A DNA stretch of 59,339 nucleotides, from positions 1 through 59,339 of the forward strand of contig JANWYE010000001.1 in the NCBI GenBank assembly GCA_025057175.1, given 5' to 3'. Every line of letters begins with the position of its first letter. The stretch's first letter is position 1. A program made the position numbers and the translations under genes. Below the pieces are notes generated by a model. That model did no database searches. It had not been told where the DNA came from and saw nothing but the letters and a program-made list of their open reading frames with translations. Shown piece by piece: positions 37,821 through 48,387 of the stretch. The DNA comes from Chloroflexus sp. Lineage in GTDB: Bacteria > Chloroflexota > Chloroflexia > Chloroflexales > Chloroflexaceae.

Positions 37821-38993
37821 CTAGTAGACAAATTCTTCAATGTGATAGATGACCACCTTCGCACCAGTGCCAATCACCGCGCGCGCGCCGCGCTTCAGCT
37901 CTTCTAGTTGGGCACTGATCGCGGTTTCGGTCAGCGGAGGGCTGGCATGCGCCTGCAACTGGGCAAGGTAGGGGCTATCGGGCGGCACAATGAGTGGCGA
38001 GAGGTAGACAATGTCTTCCGGGCCAAGCGGCATTGCCGCCAACGCTGCGAGCGAATGCTGCACATGCTCGGCGGCAAAACGCTCGCCGCCGGCCCCCACT
38101 AGCAGAATCACACCTACCGCAATCCCAGCGGCTTTGATAGTGCGCACTGCCTCGATGGCCTCTGCCGGCGAGCCGGGTTTGTTCAACAGGCGAAAGACGG
38201 TCTCGTCGCCGCTCTCTAGCCCAAGGTAGATCCGGCGCACGCCAAATGCGGCTAGTTCGCGGTATTCGGCCAATGTTTTGCGTTCGGCGCCAAAAATGTC
38301 GAGAAAGGCGTAGATGCCCTTGAAATCAGCGTCTGGCCCAATCGCAAACTCGTCGTGAACGACGCGCAGAAGCTCGCGCAGCCGTGGTTGCGGAATAATC
38401 AGCGCGTTGGCGTCACCGAGAAAGATGGCCATGCGCAGCCCCAACCCCGCGCCAATGAACTCCTTCACCCGGTGGATGTGCTCGCGAAAGGAGGGTGGTG
38501 AATGAATCCGAAAGGCGCGGTCGCGATAGAACGTGCAGAAATGGCAGCGATTCCAGCTACAGCCCTCGGTGGCCTGCAAGACCAGTGCGCGATACTGATC
38601 GGGCGGCAAGATGCTGACCGGCTTGTAGATGGCGTGAAATCGCTCGCGTTCCGCTTCCAGCCGTTCCACATCCCACCGGCGGATCCGCTCGAACCAGTCG
38701 CACGCTGCTGGTGGCGCTTCAGTTTCGATGCGCTCAATCATGCGCCGAGCATCTGCTAGTAACTCAGCCAACAGCGCGCGCCGCTCGTCCGTGGGCAGTT
38801 TGCGCCGCTCTTTCTGGCCGGGCGCGAGCGCGCGTTTGAGCAGCACCTCGCCACTGAGGCCGCGCACGTAGTTCGTGCCGTGGCGAAAGGCGACGATTGG
38901 CCGGCCTTCGCCATCGAACGAAATAATAGTGCGCATTGCCTCGGCGATCGTCACATGGTGGCGTTGCAGGTTGAGGGTGATGTCTGTTGCCAT
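37821..38993 (-). CDS. Radical SAM protein of unknown function
   Basis: LQATEGCSWNRCHFCTFY (CxxxCxxC), FLGDANAL and IYLGLESG; no SPASM cysteines seen. Confidence 0.9.
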   Translation of the reverse strand: MATDITLNLQRHHVTIAEAMRTIISFDGEGRPIVAFRHGTNYVRGLSGEVLLKRALAPGQKERRKLPTDERRALLAELLADARRMIERIETEAPPAACDWFERIRRWDVERLEAERERFHAIYKPVSILPPDQYRALVLQATEGCSWNRCHFCTFYRDRAFRIHSPPSFREHIHRVKEFIGAGLGLRMAIFLGDANALIIPQPRLRELLRVVHDEFAIGPDADFKGIYAFLDIFGAERKTLAEYRELAAFGVRRIYLGLESGDETVFRLLNKPGSPAEAIEAVRTIKAAGIAVGVILLVGAGGERFAAEHVQHSLAALAAMPLGPEDIVYLSPLIVPPDSPYLAQLQAHASPPLTETAISAQLEELKRGARAVIGTGAKVVIYHIEEFVY

Positions 38994-39036
38994 GGTTGGG
39001 TTGTTCTGCCAACCAGTTGTTGGGCCAGCGCCGTCG

Positions 39037-40569
39037 CTACGAAGGCAACAACGTATCCCACCACAACCGGCCTTGCCGCCGCTGCATCAGATCAACGTGA
39101 ATATGTTTGATCTCGGTGTACTCATCAAGGCCGTATTGGCCCATTTCACGGCCAAACCCGCTCTGGCGATAGCCGCCAAACGGCGCGCGCGGGTTGAGCA
39201 CGTGGTGCTCGTTGATCCAGACGGTGCCGGCGCGGATGCGCTGGGCAACCGCTAACGCTTGTTGCAAATCACGCGACCAGACTGACGCCGCAAGGCCATA
39301 GATGCTATCGTTAGCGATTCGGATCGCCTCGCCGATTTCATCGTAGGCTATCACCGCTAGCACCGGCCCAAAGATCTCTTCGCGCGCAATGCGCATCTCA
39401 GGCCGCACGCCGGTAAAGATAGTCGGCTCGACATAGTGCCCGTATGCAAACGCTTCACCCAACGGGCGCCCACCGCCGATCGCGACCGTTGCACCCTCTT
39501 CACGGCCAATCGCGATATAGCGTTCAACCTTCTCGCGCTGCCGTTCGCTAATCAGCGGGCCGATGTCGGTCTCTAGGTCCATCGGGTCGCCGATCTTCAT
39601 CCCGCGCACCCGCTCGACCAGCCGCTCTACCACGGTGTCGTGCAATCCACGCGGCACCAACAAGCGTGAACCGGCTTCGCATAGTTGGCCGGAATGGTAG
39701 AATGCGCCCCACAATACACCATCAACCACTAGATCGAGATCGGCATCGGGCAGCACAAGCATCGCATTCTTGCCGCCCAATTCCAGCGTCACCCGCTTGA
39801 TCTGGGGCGCAGCCAGCGCCATGATCTTGCGCCCAACCTCAGTGCTGCCGGTGAAGGCTACCTTATCAACCGCCGGATGGGCAGCAAGATATTCGCCGAC
39901 CTCGTTGCCGGGGCCAAGCACCAGATTGATCACGCCTTTTGGCAAGATGTTTAGCTCGTGAATAGTCTGGAAGATGGCGATGGTGCTGAGAGGGGCCAGC
40001 GACGAAGGCTTAAAGACGACGGTATTGCCGGTTGCCAGCGCCGGGCCGAGTTTCCACGCCGCCATGCAGAAGGCATAATTCCATGGAATGATCTGCGCGC
40101 AGACGCCGATCGGTTCGCGCCAGACAAAGTTCCACGACACGGTAGGTAGATCGTTCCATGGTAGCGGCTCGTAGGGGTGTTTGCGCGCCATCTCAGCGCA
40201 GCCGCGCAGTATTTCGAGGCCGAGCGTAATATCGTTGTAGGTGGTTTTGCGCAGCGGCACTCCGGCATCGCGCGCTTCAATCTCGGCCAGCTCGAAGTTG
40301 CGCGCTTCGAGCGCGTCGGCGATCGCATGCAAGATTTCGGCCCGGCGCGCCGGGCTGGTATGCGGCCATGGCCCTTGATCAAACGCGGCGCGGGCAGCGG
40401 CAATCGCCCGATCAACATCGGCGTGGGTTGCGCTGGCGCAGGTCGCTAGCGGCTGGCCGTTCGCCGGATCATAAACGGTGAAGGCCTGACCATTGCTTGC
40501 CGGCTGCCAGTGGCCGTCGATATAAAGGTCATAGTGGGGCAACCCTTCTGGGGAGTGTTCGTGCCTCAT
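39037..40569 (-). CDS. NAD(P)-dependent aldehyde dehydrogenase
   Basis: IIPWNY, FTGSTEVG, LELGGK, SGQLCEAGSR and EEIFGPV. Confidence 0.95.
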   Translation of the reverse strand: MRHEHSPEGLPHYDLYIDGHWQPASNGQAFTVYDPANGQPLATCASATHADVDRAIAAARAAFDQGPWPHTSPARRAEILHAIADALEARNFELAEIEARDAGVPLRKTTYNDITLGLEILRGCAEMARKHPYEPLPWNDLPTVSWNFVWREPIGVCAQIIPWNYAFCMAAWKLGPALATGNTVVFKPSSLAPLSTIAIFQTIHELNILPKGVINLVLGPGNEVGEYLAAHPAVDKVAFTGSTEVGRKIMALAAPQIKRVTLELGGKNAMLVLPDADLDLVVDGVLWGAFYHSGQLCEAGSRLLVPRGLHDTVVERLVERVRGMKIGDPMDLETDIGPLISERQREKVERYIAIGREEGATVAIGGGRPLGEAFAYGHYVEPTIFTGVRPEMRIAREEIFGPVLAVIAYDEIGEAIRIANDSIYGLAASVWSRDLQQALAVAQRIRAGTVWINEHHVLNPRAPFGGYRQSGFGREMGQYGLDEYTEIKHIHVDLMQRRQGRLWWDTLLPS

Positions 40570-40695
40570 TGCAAGACTCCTTCATCTGACGGGGATGAAA
40601 AATGCCGCTGTGCGTCATAGTGTAACACGCCGCGTCATAAAACTCAAGTGTTGAGCGGTGCGATTAGGCTATTGCAGTGACAGCCCGCCGAGCGG

Positions 40696-41772
40696 TCATG
40701 CTGGTGGCGGCAATGTTTCGCTGCGCTTACGGCTTTGCGCTTTGGCTAGCAGCATGGCCCGTGTCGCGTCATCAATGAACGCAGCGGCGAGCGCATTAGC
40801 TTGCACCGCGCGCAATTCGGCGGCTGTTAAACCGAGCCGGTCGCGAGCAACCCGATATTCGTGTGGCAGATCGATTGCGCTGATGCCGGGATCGTCACTG
40901 TTAATCGTCACCAGCAGGCCGGCGCGGAGCAGTTGTGGCAGCGGATGCGCGTCATAACTGCTGACAGTTTGGGTTTGCACATTGCTGGTTGGGCAGACCT
41001 CAAGCGCAATCTGTCGTTCGGCCAGCAATTGCATCACTTCCGGATCCTCAATTGCGCGCACGCCATGCCCGATCCGTTCAGCCCCCAGCTCCTCAATCGC
41101 CTGCCGCACGCTCCATGCCCCGGCGGCTTCGCCGGCATGTACGGTGATGCGCAGGCCGGCAGCGCGGGCGCGAGCAAAATGCTTCACGAAGCGCGTGCCG
41201 GCGAAGTTTGCCTCATCACCGGCGAGATCGATTCCGACCACACCCTCACCCATCAGCGCGATAGCCGCTTCGAGTTCGCGCCAGCAACTCTCTTCACCCA
41301 TGTGGCGCGACATAATGCCGATGATCTGCGCTTGTACCGGGTATCGTTTCATGCCGGCTTGCACACCGCGACAGACTGCCGCCAACACGCGAGTCGGGTC
41401 GAGGCCGTATCGTTCGCCCATAAATGCCGGCGAACAGCGCAGTTCGATGTAGTCGATCCCCTCGCGGGCGGCGTCTTCGATATTTTCTTCGGCAATGCGG
41501 GCAGCGGCATCTTCGTCAACGCAGATCAGTTTCAGCAACTCAAAGCGGGCAATAAAATCCATCACTGAGGCCGCCACGCCTTGGATCTGGGCATACGGGC
41601 GCAAGCCTTCGACGGTATTTGCCGGGAGATGCAGGCCGTAAGTGCGCGCCAAATCGAGGATCGTCGTTAGCCGGACATTGCCGTCGAGGTGGCGATGTAG
41701 GTCGATCAACGGCAGATCGCGAGCGATCGGATCCGGATCGGTATGTTCAACGAGTGAAGCAGAAGGATTCAT
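40696..41772 (-). CDS. add: Adenosine deaminase
   Basis: DLHRHLDG, HAGEAAG, RIGHG, EVCPTSN and NSDDP. Confidence 0.92.
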   Translation of the reverse strand: MNPSASLVEHTDPDPIARDLPLIDLHRHLDGNVRLTTILDLARTYGLHLPANTVEGLRPYAQIQGVAASVMDFIARFELLKLICVDEDAAARIAEENIEDAAREGIDYIELRCSPAFMGERYGLDPTRVLAAVCRGVQAGMKRYPVQAQIIGIMSRHMGEESCWRELEAAIALMGEGVVGIDLAGDEANFAGTRFVKHFARARAAGLRITVHAGEAAGAWSVRQAIEELGAERIGHGVRAIEDPEVMQLLAERQIALEVCPTSNVQTQTVSSYDAHPLPQLLRAGLLVTINSDDPGISAIDLPHEYRVARDRLGLTAAELRAVQANALAAAFIDDATRAMLLAKAQSRKRSETLPPPA

Positions 41773-42830
41773 AATTCTCGCGCGGTGGCAATAATATCGC
41801 TCAAGACTCCGGCTGCCGTTACTTCCACGCCGGCCCCCGGCCCCCGCACCACCAGCGGGCGATCATGGTAGCGGCGAGTGGTGAAGCTGATGAGGTTATC
41901 GGGGCCGCGCAGGCTGGCTAGTGGGTGACCGGCAGGAATCTCCCGCAAGCCGACTTCGACCCTCTCAGGGGTAATGCGCGAGATGTACCGCAACACGTTG
42001 CCGTTGGATCGAGCAGCGGCCAAGCGGTTCATCACCTCTGCCTCTGCCTCATTCAGGCGCTGAAGAAATTCAGTGACACTCACCTCTGCCAGATGGGCAG
42101 GGAAGAGCGACTCGGCGATCACCGCGTCTGCCGGTAAGTGCATCCCGCAGGTGCGGGCCAGTATCAGCGCCTTGCGCGCCACATCAGCGCCACTCAGATC
42201 ATCGCGCGGGTCTGGTTCGGTATAACCTAGCCGGTGAGCATTTCGCACTGCATCGGCAAAACCGGCCCCAGCTTCCAGCTCGCTCATGAGAAAGCCGAGC
42301 GTGCCGCTTAGCGCTGCCTCGATGCACAATACCTCGTCGCCACTGTCGAGCAGGCTTTGCAAGGTGCTAATCACCGGCAATCCGGCGCCAACTGTTGCTT
42401 CATAGCGCGTTGCGCCCCGTTCGGTCAACGCGGCAAAGAGGTCATACCCCTCGCACAATGGTCGCTTATTCGCCAACACCACCCGGTGCCCCGCCGAGAC
42501 AGCCGCCGCTAGCGGTGCAGCATGGCCGCCAGCCGCCGTCACATCCACAACAATCGCCATTGCCGCCGGGAGCAACTCGATCCAGTGCCGATCAACAATC
42601 GCGCCGGCAAGGCTGTCGATCCCATTGCCAGCTTCTTTCACTGCGAGAATGTGGCGCACCTGCGCTTCGCTCAACACCGGATCGCCGGCCACTGCGCCGC
42701 GACTATCTACCAGCGCCACGTAGCGCAGATCGATCCCGTAGCGCCGGCGAATCGCCGGCGCTACCGCTAAGATCTGGCGGGCCAACGCGCGCCCTACGCC
42801 GCCGAGACCAAGTTGGATGATGGGTGTCAT
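41769..42830 (-). CDS. Homoserine dehydrogenase (monofunctional, no ACT domain)
   Basis: GLGGVG, ANKRP, YEATVGAGLPV, GYTEPDPRDDLSGADVARK and GPGAG. Confidence 0.92.
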   Translation of the reverse strand: MTPIIQLGLGGVGRALARQILAVAPAIRRRYGIDLRYVALVDSRGAVAGDPVLSEAQVRHILAVKEAGNGIDSLAGAIVDRHWIELLPAAMAIVVDVTAAGGHAAPLAAAVSAGHRVVLANKRPLCEGYDLFAALTERGATRYEATVGAGLPVISTLQSLLDSGDEVLCIEAALSGTLGFLMSELEAGAGFADAVRNAHRLGYTEPDPRDDLSGADVARKALILARTCGMHLPADAVIAESLFPAHLAEVSVTEFLQRLNEAEAEVMNRLAAARSNGNVLRYISRITPERVEVGLREIPAGHPLASLRGPDNLISFTTRRYHDRPLVVRGPGAGVEVTAAGVLSDIIATAREL

Positions 42831-42934
42831 GATCGCCCCCTGCACAGCATGCCTGCGTTTGCCTATTCTACCACAGGCTAATGTTATCTTTTGATGCGAG
42901 TGTAGCTCTTGCTCCGCGCTGTTCCCTTGCTCAT

Positions 42935-42963
42935 TTGACGCTCGGCCCGCTCCACCGTACAAT
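42935..42963 (+). promoter_or_regulatory. Sigma70-type promoter of pepA
   Basis: TTGACG, 17-bp spacer, TACAAT. Confidence 0.6.
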
Positions 42964-43007
42964 AAGCATCCTGAAAAATAATGACTTATCACCTATTTGA
43001 GGTCGCT

Positions 43008-44456
43008 ATGCAATGTGAAGTTCAGAGCGGTAATCTCTTAGCCGCTGAAACTGATCTCGCCATCTTGCTCCACGCCGAAGATGAGCCGCTTCCGGCAGCA
43101 GTCACTGAGCTATGCGAGGCTGGTGATGCTACCGGGCGTTGGAAGCAGCAGACGTTGCTCTACCCGCGCGGCGCGTTGCCGGCCCGCCGGTTGTTGCTGA
43201 TTGGGATGGGCAAACGTTCGGCTATCACCGCCGATACCGTTCGCCAAGCGGCGGCATTGGCGGCACAGCGCGCGCAAGACTTGAAAGTGACGGCGTACCA
43301 CCTTGGTTACAATGGCAGTCTGCCATTGCCCCCTGCTAGCTTTGGCCAAGCCTTTGCCGAAGGGAGCGTGCTCGGTTCATACCGCTATACCCGCTACAAG
43401 AGCGATCGCGAAGAGCCGCCATCCCTGAATGCCACCTTGCAGGCCGGCGCTGAGGCCGAAGCTGCCGCTGCCGGCGTTCGCCGCGGCGCGATTATTGCCC
43501 GCGCGACCGCGTTCGCCCGCGATCTGGCTAATGGCCCCGGCAATGAGGTAACGCCGGCTTTCCTTGGCCAGACAGCGTTGGAGCTAGGCGAGCGCCTCGG
43601 CCTCAAGGTGATGGTGCTCGATAAGCCACAGCTCATCGAGCAAGGCTTCGGTGGCATTCTCGCTGTCGGCCAAGGTTCGGCCAACGAGCCGCGCTTTATT
43701 GTGATGGAACACGGCACTGCTGGAAATGGCCCGACCATCTGTCTCGTCGGCAAGGGCATTACCTTCGATACTGGCGGTATCAGCATCAAGCCCGCCGAAA
43801 AGATGGACGAGATGAAGATGGATATGAGTGGCGCAGCCGCAGTGTTGGGCGCGATGCAGGCTGTAGCCGAATTACAGTTGCCGCTCCACGTAGTCGGAAT
43901 TGTCTGCGCTGCCGAAAATATGCCGAGCGGCACTGCCTATCGTCCCGGCGATATTATCCGCACCCTCAGCGGCAAGACGGTCGAGGTGCTCAATACCGAT
44001 GCCGAAGGCCGGATTGTGCTTGCCGATGGTCTTTACTATGCGCAACGCTACCAGCCCGCTGCGATCGTCGATCTTGCCACGCTGACCGGCGCGATTATGG
44101 TGGCCCTTGGCCCGCACGCCATTGGGTTGATGGGGAATAATCAAGAGTTGGCTAACCGGCTGATTGCTGCCGGCGAAGCCACTGCCGAGCGAGTCTGGCA
44201 ATTGCCGCTATGGGATGAATACCGCGACGCGATGAAGAGCGACATCGCCGACCTCAAGAATACTGGTGGTCGCTACGGTGGCGCGATTACCGCCGCGGGC
44301 TTTCTGGCCGCGTTTGTGGGCGATTATCCGTGGGTACACCTCGATATTGCCGGCACCGCGTGGGTTGAAAAGCCGGCCCGCGCCTACCAGTCGCGTGGCG
44401 CAACCGGTGTTGGCGTGCGGTTGTTGGTTGAATGGTTGCAGGGATACGTTGGGTGA
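43008..44456 (+). CDS. pepA: Leucyl aminopeptidase (M17)
   Basis: VGKGITFDTGG, MKMDMSGAA, NTDAEGR, ATLTGA and HLDIAG. Confidence 0.95.
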   Translation: MQCEVQSGNLLAAETDLAILLHAEDEPLPAAVTELCEAGDATGRWKQQTLLYPRGALPARRLLLIGMGKRSAITADTVRQAAALAAQRAQDLKVTAYHLGYNGSLPLPPASFGQAFAEGSVLGSYRYTRYKSDREEPPSLNATLQAGAEAEAAAAGVRRGAIIARATAFARDLANGPGNEVTPAFLGQTALELGERLGLKVMVLDKPQLIEQGFGGILAVGQGSANEPRFIVMEHGTAGNGPTICLVGKGITFDTGGISIKPAEKMDEMKMDMSGAAAVLGAMQAVAELQLPLHVVGIVCAAENMPSGTAYRPGDIIRTLSGKTVEVLNTDAEGRIVLADGLYYAQRYQPAAIVDLATLTGAIMVALGPHAIGLMGNNQELANRLIAAGEATAERVWQLPLWDEYRDAMKSDIADLKNTGGRYGGAITAAGFLAAFVGDYPWVHLDIAGTAWVEKPARAYQSRGATGVGVRLLVEWLQGYVG

Positions 44457-44490
44457 GGTTTATCATCTGCACGTGCGGTGGTAAGGAATG

Positions 44491-44511
44491 GGGCGGGTTA
44501 TCAACCCGCCC
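44491..44511. repeat. REP-like palindrome or terminator between convergent genes
   Basis: GGGCGGGTT-ATC-AACCCGCCC. Confidence 0.55.
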
Positions 44512-44522
44512 TCAACATCGCC

Positions 44523-46715
44523 CTACTCGCCCTCTGGCCCCTCATCGCCAGTCAGTTCGCCGCGCGGTGCTGTCCAGATCGGAAGGGTAAAAGAGAAACT
44601 ACTGCCTTTACCCACTGCGCTTTGCACCCAGATTCGACCACCGTGTAGCTCAACCAAAAGGCGAGTGATGTATAGCCCCAACCCGACCCCGCTCTTCTGG
44701 CGTGTGTTACTGTTGTCAACGCGCTGGAAACGCTCGAACAACTTTACCTGATCTTCCGGCGCAATTCCAATCCCCTGATCGCGCACTACGATGAGCATCC
44801 ACTGGCCGGGAGGATGGCTGGCCGGTAAATCGCTCGCCTCAGCGCAACGCACCGTTAACTGAATCTCGGTGCCTTCCGGGCTGTATTTGATCGCGTTGCT
44901 CAGCAGGTTGAAGATAATCTGCTTGACCTTATCGCGGTCGGCAAATACGGGCGGCAACGGAAGGCGCATGTCAATCAGGAGTTTGTGCTGCACGAGTTGG
45001 GTGTGTAGTTGCAGCGTTAGTTCTTCAATAATATTCCCTAACCTGACTGCCCACCGGTTCAGCTTCACCACGCCGGCTTCGAGCCGTGAAACATCGAGCA
45101 GATCCTTCACCAGCTTGTGGAGGCGCTCAGCTTCGGTCGAGACGGTGGTTAGAAACTCGCGCTGGCTGGCTTCATCGAGATCTTGCCGGTTCAATAAAAT
45201 CTCGGTATAGCCAAGGATCGATGTCAAAGGTGTGCGCAACTCATGCGATACAATCCCGATAAACTCATCTTTCAGCCGATCCGACTCGCGTTCACGGGTG
45301 CGATCGCTCACCACCCACAATCGCCCTGTCAGTTGCTGCTGGCTATCGCGGGTTGGCACCGAGAGGACATGCAAGGCTTGGTAGGGCTGGCGTAGTTGCA
45401 GACTCGTCTCAAAGACCTGATCGGGCGCGCGCTGGCCAAGATCGCAAAACTCGCTCAAGCGGAATGGATCGCTGAGTCGCGCCAGCAAATGTTCGACTAA
45501 ATCGATCCCGACGTAGAACGATGGTCGTTGCAATTGGTCAGGCAACCGCCATACCTGATGCCACGCCGGATTGGCGCGAATGACACGACCGTTGAGGTCG
45601 AGCAACGCCAACCCGATTGGCAAACTGCTAAAGACTTGGCCGAGATGGTATGACGTTTCATAGGCGACTTGGTACGCTGACGCGCGTGCCAAGGGCCGCC
45701 CTGCCCGCTCGCGCAGCGCGTCGATAAAAGCCAGCACCTCTTCGTTGAAGGCATTCGCGCGCCGGCTATGCAGAATCAACACCGCCAATGTCTGATTGTC
45801 TGCGCTAATCGGCGCAGCCAATTCGGCCAGAAACGGCATTCCGTTCGGCAGGCCCGGCTCACGTCCAGCATCGCGCACCAAAAGCGGGCGCTGCGTCTTG
45901 ACGGCCTGCCCAGCCAGCCCAATATCCCAACTCCAGCGTTGGCGTGGCATTGCAGGTAGCGCTGCCCCGGTTCGTTCAGCTTCATACCCTTCGTACAAGT
46001 GGAGCACGAGTTCGCGTCGATCGTGATCAACTAACGCGATTGCGCCGGCCTCAGCGCCACTGCCTTCCAGCGCGCGCCGCAAGACGATCCCCAACAACTC
46101 GTGCAAGTCGAGCGTGCGATCAAGTTGTTCGTTGAGGGCAATGATCTTCTGACGTAGCGAGGGCGCGAGCGTGAGACCGAGTGGCGTCTCGCCGGCGAAA
46201 CGCGGTGTGGGTAGGGTAGGCAACCGCGCGCCTTCTTGCGCGATTGCCGCCGCCAGTTGCGGTTTAAGTGATTCGATCAACTCGGTGATGCGCCCATCCA
46301 ACCTTCGCTGATCATCACTGCGCAATTCAAAAATACCCCACAGCCGCCCGCCCCAAAAGATCGGTGTTCCCAGATACCCCGCCGAAATAACCGGCAGATT
46401 CTCAGCTTGGCGGCTGCCGCCTAGGGCTATCGTTTTAGTGACTGTCTTGCCGCCCAGCGCCACGGCTCGGGTCAGGCTATCGTCCCACGGGTAAGCCCAT
46501 GACTCGGGTGAGTAGATTTGTTGGCGCGTTGATCCCGGCCGGGCCGATTGCAGCCAGCAGGTAAGCCGTCCGTCACGGTAACGGGTGGCAAGGCGCAACA
46601 AGCTAAAGAGGCGATGAACACGCTGCACTAACGGACGCTCCTCCTGCAAGAGGCGCGATGCTGCCGCTAGCACACTCAACATACTCGTTGTAGGATCATC
46701 GGTGTCGTGTGTCAT
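44523..46715 (-). CDS. Cytoplasmic GAF/PAS sensor histidine kinase
   Basis: GAF-like regions, PAS-like region ([13 protein letters not shown]), H-box [25 protein letters not shown] and GLGLYI. Confidence 0.93.
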   Translation of the reverse strand: MTHDTDDPTTSMLSVLAAASRLLQEERPLVQRVHRLFSLLRLATRYRDGRLTCWLQSARPGSTRQQIYSPESWAYPWDDSLTRAVALGGKTVTKTIALGGSRQAENLPVISAGYLGTPIFWGGRLWGIFELRSDDQRRLDGRITELIESLKPQLAAAIAQEGARLPTLPTPRFAGETPLGLTLAPSLRQKIIALNEQLDRTLDLHELLGIVLRRALEGSGAEAGAIALVDHDRRELVLHLYEGYEAERTGAALPAMPRQRWSWDIGLAGQAVKTQRPLLVRDAGREPGLPNGMPFLAELAAPISADNQTLAVLILHSRRANAFNEEVLAFIDALRERAGRPLARASAYQVAYETSYHLGQVFSSLPIGLALLDLNGRVIRANPAWHQVWRLPDQLQRPSFYVGIDLVEHLLARLSDPFRLSEFCDLGQRAPDQVFETSLQLRQPYQALHVLSVPTRDSQQQLTGRLWVVSDRTRERESDRLKDEFIGIVSHELRTPLTSILGYTEILLNRQDLDEASQREFLTTVSTEAERLHKLVKDLLDVSRLEAGVVKLNRWAVRLGNIIEELTLQLHTQLVQHKLLIDMRLPLPPVFADRDKVKQIIFNLLSNAIKYSPEGTEIQLTVRCAEASDLPASHPPGQWMLIVVRDQGIGIAPEDQVKLFERFQRVDNSNTRQKSGVGLGLYITRLLVELHGGRIWVQSAVGKGSSFSFTLPIWTAPRGELTGDEGPEGE

Positions 46716-46823
46716 TGTTGTTCATTGTAGTCAACCCCGCGTGGCTGTCAATTATCTTGTTATACGCTTGTGCTATGATATGCTATGTCCATCGGCGTAC
46801 CGGTGGAAGTGAAGGAGTGAGCG

Positions 46824-47240
46824 ATGTTTACAGCGGTTGATCACATTGGGCTGGTGGTGGCCGATCTTGATGCGGCTATCGATTTTTATCGCGCAGCTTA
46901 TGACATAACCGAGTGGGAACGGATCGAGCTGCCTGAGCGCCACGCGGCGATTGGAGTGGCCCGGTTTGGCGATGTGTTGATCGAGTTGATTGCGCCAACC
47001 AGCGATCAGGCCAGTTTTGCCCGCTTCTTGCGCGAGAAGGGGCCGGGTATGCACCACATCGCCTATCGGGTAGATGACATCAATGCTGCGTTGGCGACCC
47101 TCCAAGCGCGGGGCATTCCATTGATCGACCGCGAGCCGCGTCCCGGCATTCATGATACATTGGTAGCTTTTGTCCATCCGAAAGCCGGCGGGCAAGGGGT
47201 GCTGGTTGAGTTGGTGCAGCATCGCTCATCGCATCACTGA
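46824..47240 (+). CDS. mce: Methylmalonyl-CoA epimerase (VOC family)
   Basis: DHIGLVV, IELIAP, GPGMHHIAYRVDDI and FVHPK...GVLVELVQ. Confidence 0.88.
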   Translation: MFTAVDHIGLVVADLDAAIDFYRAAYDITEWERIELPERHAAIGVARFGDVLIELIAPTSDQASFARFLREKGPGMHHIAYRVDDINAALATLQARGIPLIDREPRPGIHDTLVAFVHPKAGGQGVLVELVQHRSSHH

Positions 47241-47374
47241 TGAGTTGATAGGATTGCGTGCCGCGCTTGCCCAGCGCGGCGCGGCAATTCTGCTCAAACG
47301 GCATGCATCTGCTGCTGGCGAGTGGTATGGCGTGTACAGGGAAATAAGCTAGTTTCTTGATCGGAGCAGAACGT

Positions 47375-48352
47375 ATGACGACCAACGACGCAGACGATCG
47401 TCGCCTGTTGGTGAGCATGAGTGTTGGTCAAACCGCCTATGCTGTTTGGGCCAAACAGGCGCGACGCGAACGATTCTTTAATATTGCCCGTCTGCTCGAA
47501 GCCTCGGCAGCGGTCAAGCGGGTGCGCGCTGAACAGGCGATGCGTCGATTGGGTGAAGTCGCGCAGACGTCGACCAATATCAATCGCGCGCTGGCCGGCC
47601 TCGAGCCGGAAGCGGTCGCGACTGGTCCAGTCACCGGCACTAGCGCCTTTCAGCGCGAATTGCTCGAACGAGCCGCGCGGGCGCTGGCCGCCGGTCGCGA
47701 TCTGACCTACACCGAGCTTGGCGACCTCTTTGTGTGTAGCACCTGTGGTCGCCTAATGGAAGGCGAGCCACCGGCCTTTTGCCCCGACTGTGGCACGGTG
47801 CGCGAGGGCTTCCTCGATTTTCGGATCGTTGATGGCATGGGCACGCTCGGCCCACATACCATTGTCCGCCGGCTTGAGCAGGGGTTAAAGACGGTACAGT
47901 CGCTAGTGGCCGGCCTCAGCGAAGAGCAGTTGGCGATGCCGGTCAACGGCTTCCCGGCATTTAAAGATCTGATCGGCCATCTTACCGATATGGATATCGT
48001 CTTCCGGGAACGGGCATGGATGATTCTGGAGACGAATCAGCCGAAACTATCACCAGCGCATCCGCCAACGCTGCGCAGCGCAGTGAAATATCGCACTGTC
48101 CCGATCGATGAACTGATCGAGCAGTATACCAATAGTCGCCAGCAGACGTTAGGTTTGCTGCGCGGTTTAACCCAAGCGGCGTGGCAGCGGATTGGCTATC
48201 ACGAGATTTATGGCCCCGTGCCGCTCTTACATCAGGGGAATTGGGTCGTCGCCCACGAACAGGGGCACCTCATTGAGTTAGCGCAAATGCGGCACAATCT
48301 GTTGTATGGCCAGAATCAAGCCATCGACGTTGCCCAAGAGGTATTGCGGTAG
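47375..48352 (+). CDS. Fusion of a degenerate rubrerythrin-like region, a rubredoxin-type CxxC pair and a DinB/YfiT domain
   Basis: YAVWAKQARRERFFNIARLL resembles a rubrerythrin N-terminus; VCSTCG...CPDCG; IGHLTD and VAHEQGH provide the DinB histidines. Confidence 0.72.
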   Translation: MTTNDADDRRLLVSMSVGQTAYAVWAKQARRERFFNIARLLEASAAVKRVRAEQAMRRLGEVAQTSTNINRALAGLEPEAVATGPVTGTSAFQRELLERAARALAAGRDLTYTELGDLFVCSTCGRLMEGEPPAFCPDCGTVREGFLDFRIVDGMGTLGPHTIVRRLEQGLKTVQSLVAGLSEEQLAMPVNGFPAFKDLIGHLTDMDIVFRERAWMILETNQPKLSPAHPPTLRSAVKYRTVPIDELIEQYTNSRQQTLGLLRGLTQAAWQRIGYHEIYGPVPLLHQGNWVVAHEQGHLIELAQMRHNLLYGQNQAIDVAQEVLR

Positions 48353-48387
48353 AGCGCGGCGCGCCCCAACGGGCGCGCTCGCGCCCT

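Noticed and set aside
33115-38993. Complete RiPP biosynthetic cluster
   Set aside because: No YcaO, LanM, SPASM, peptidase or ABC exporter genes, and the core is very short; kept only as a weaker hypothesis.
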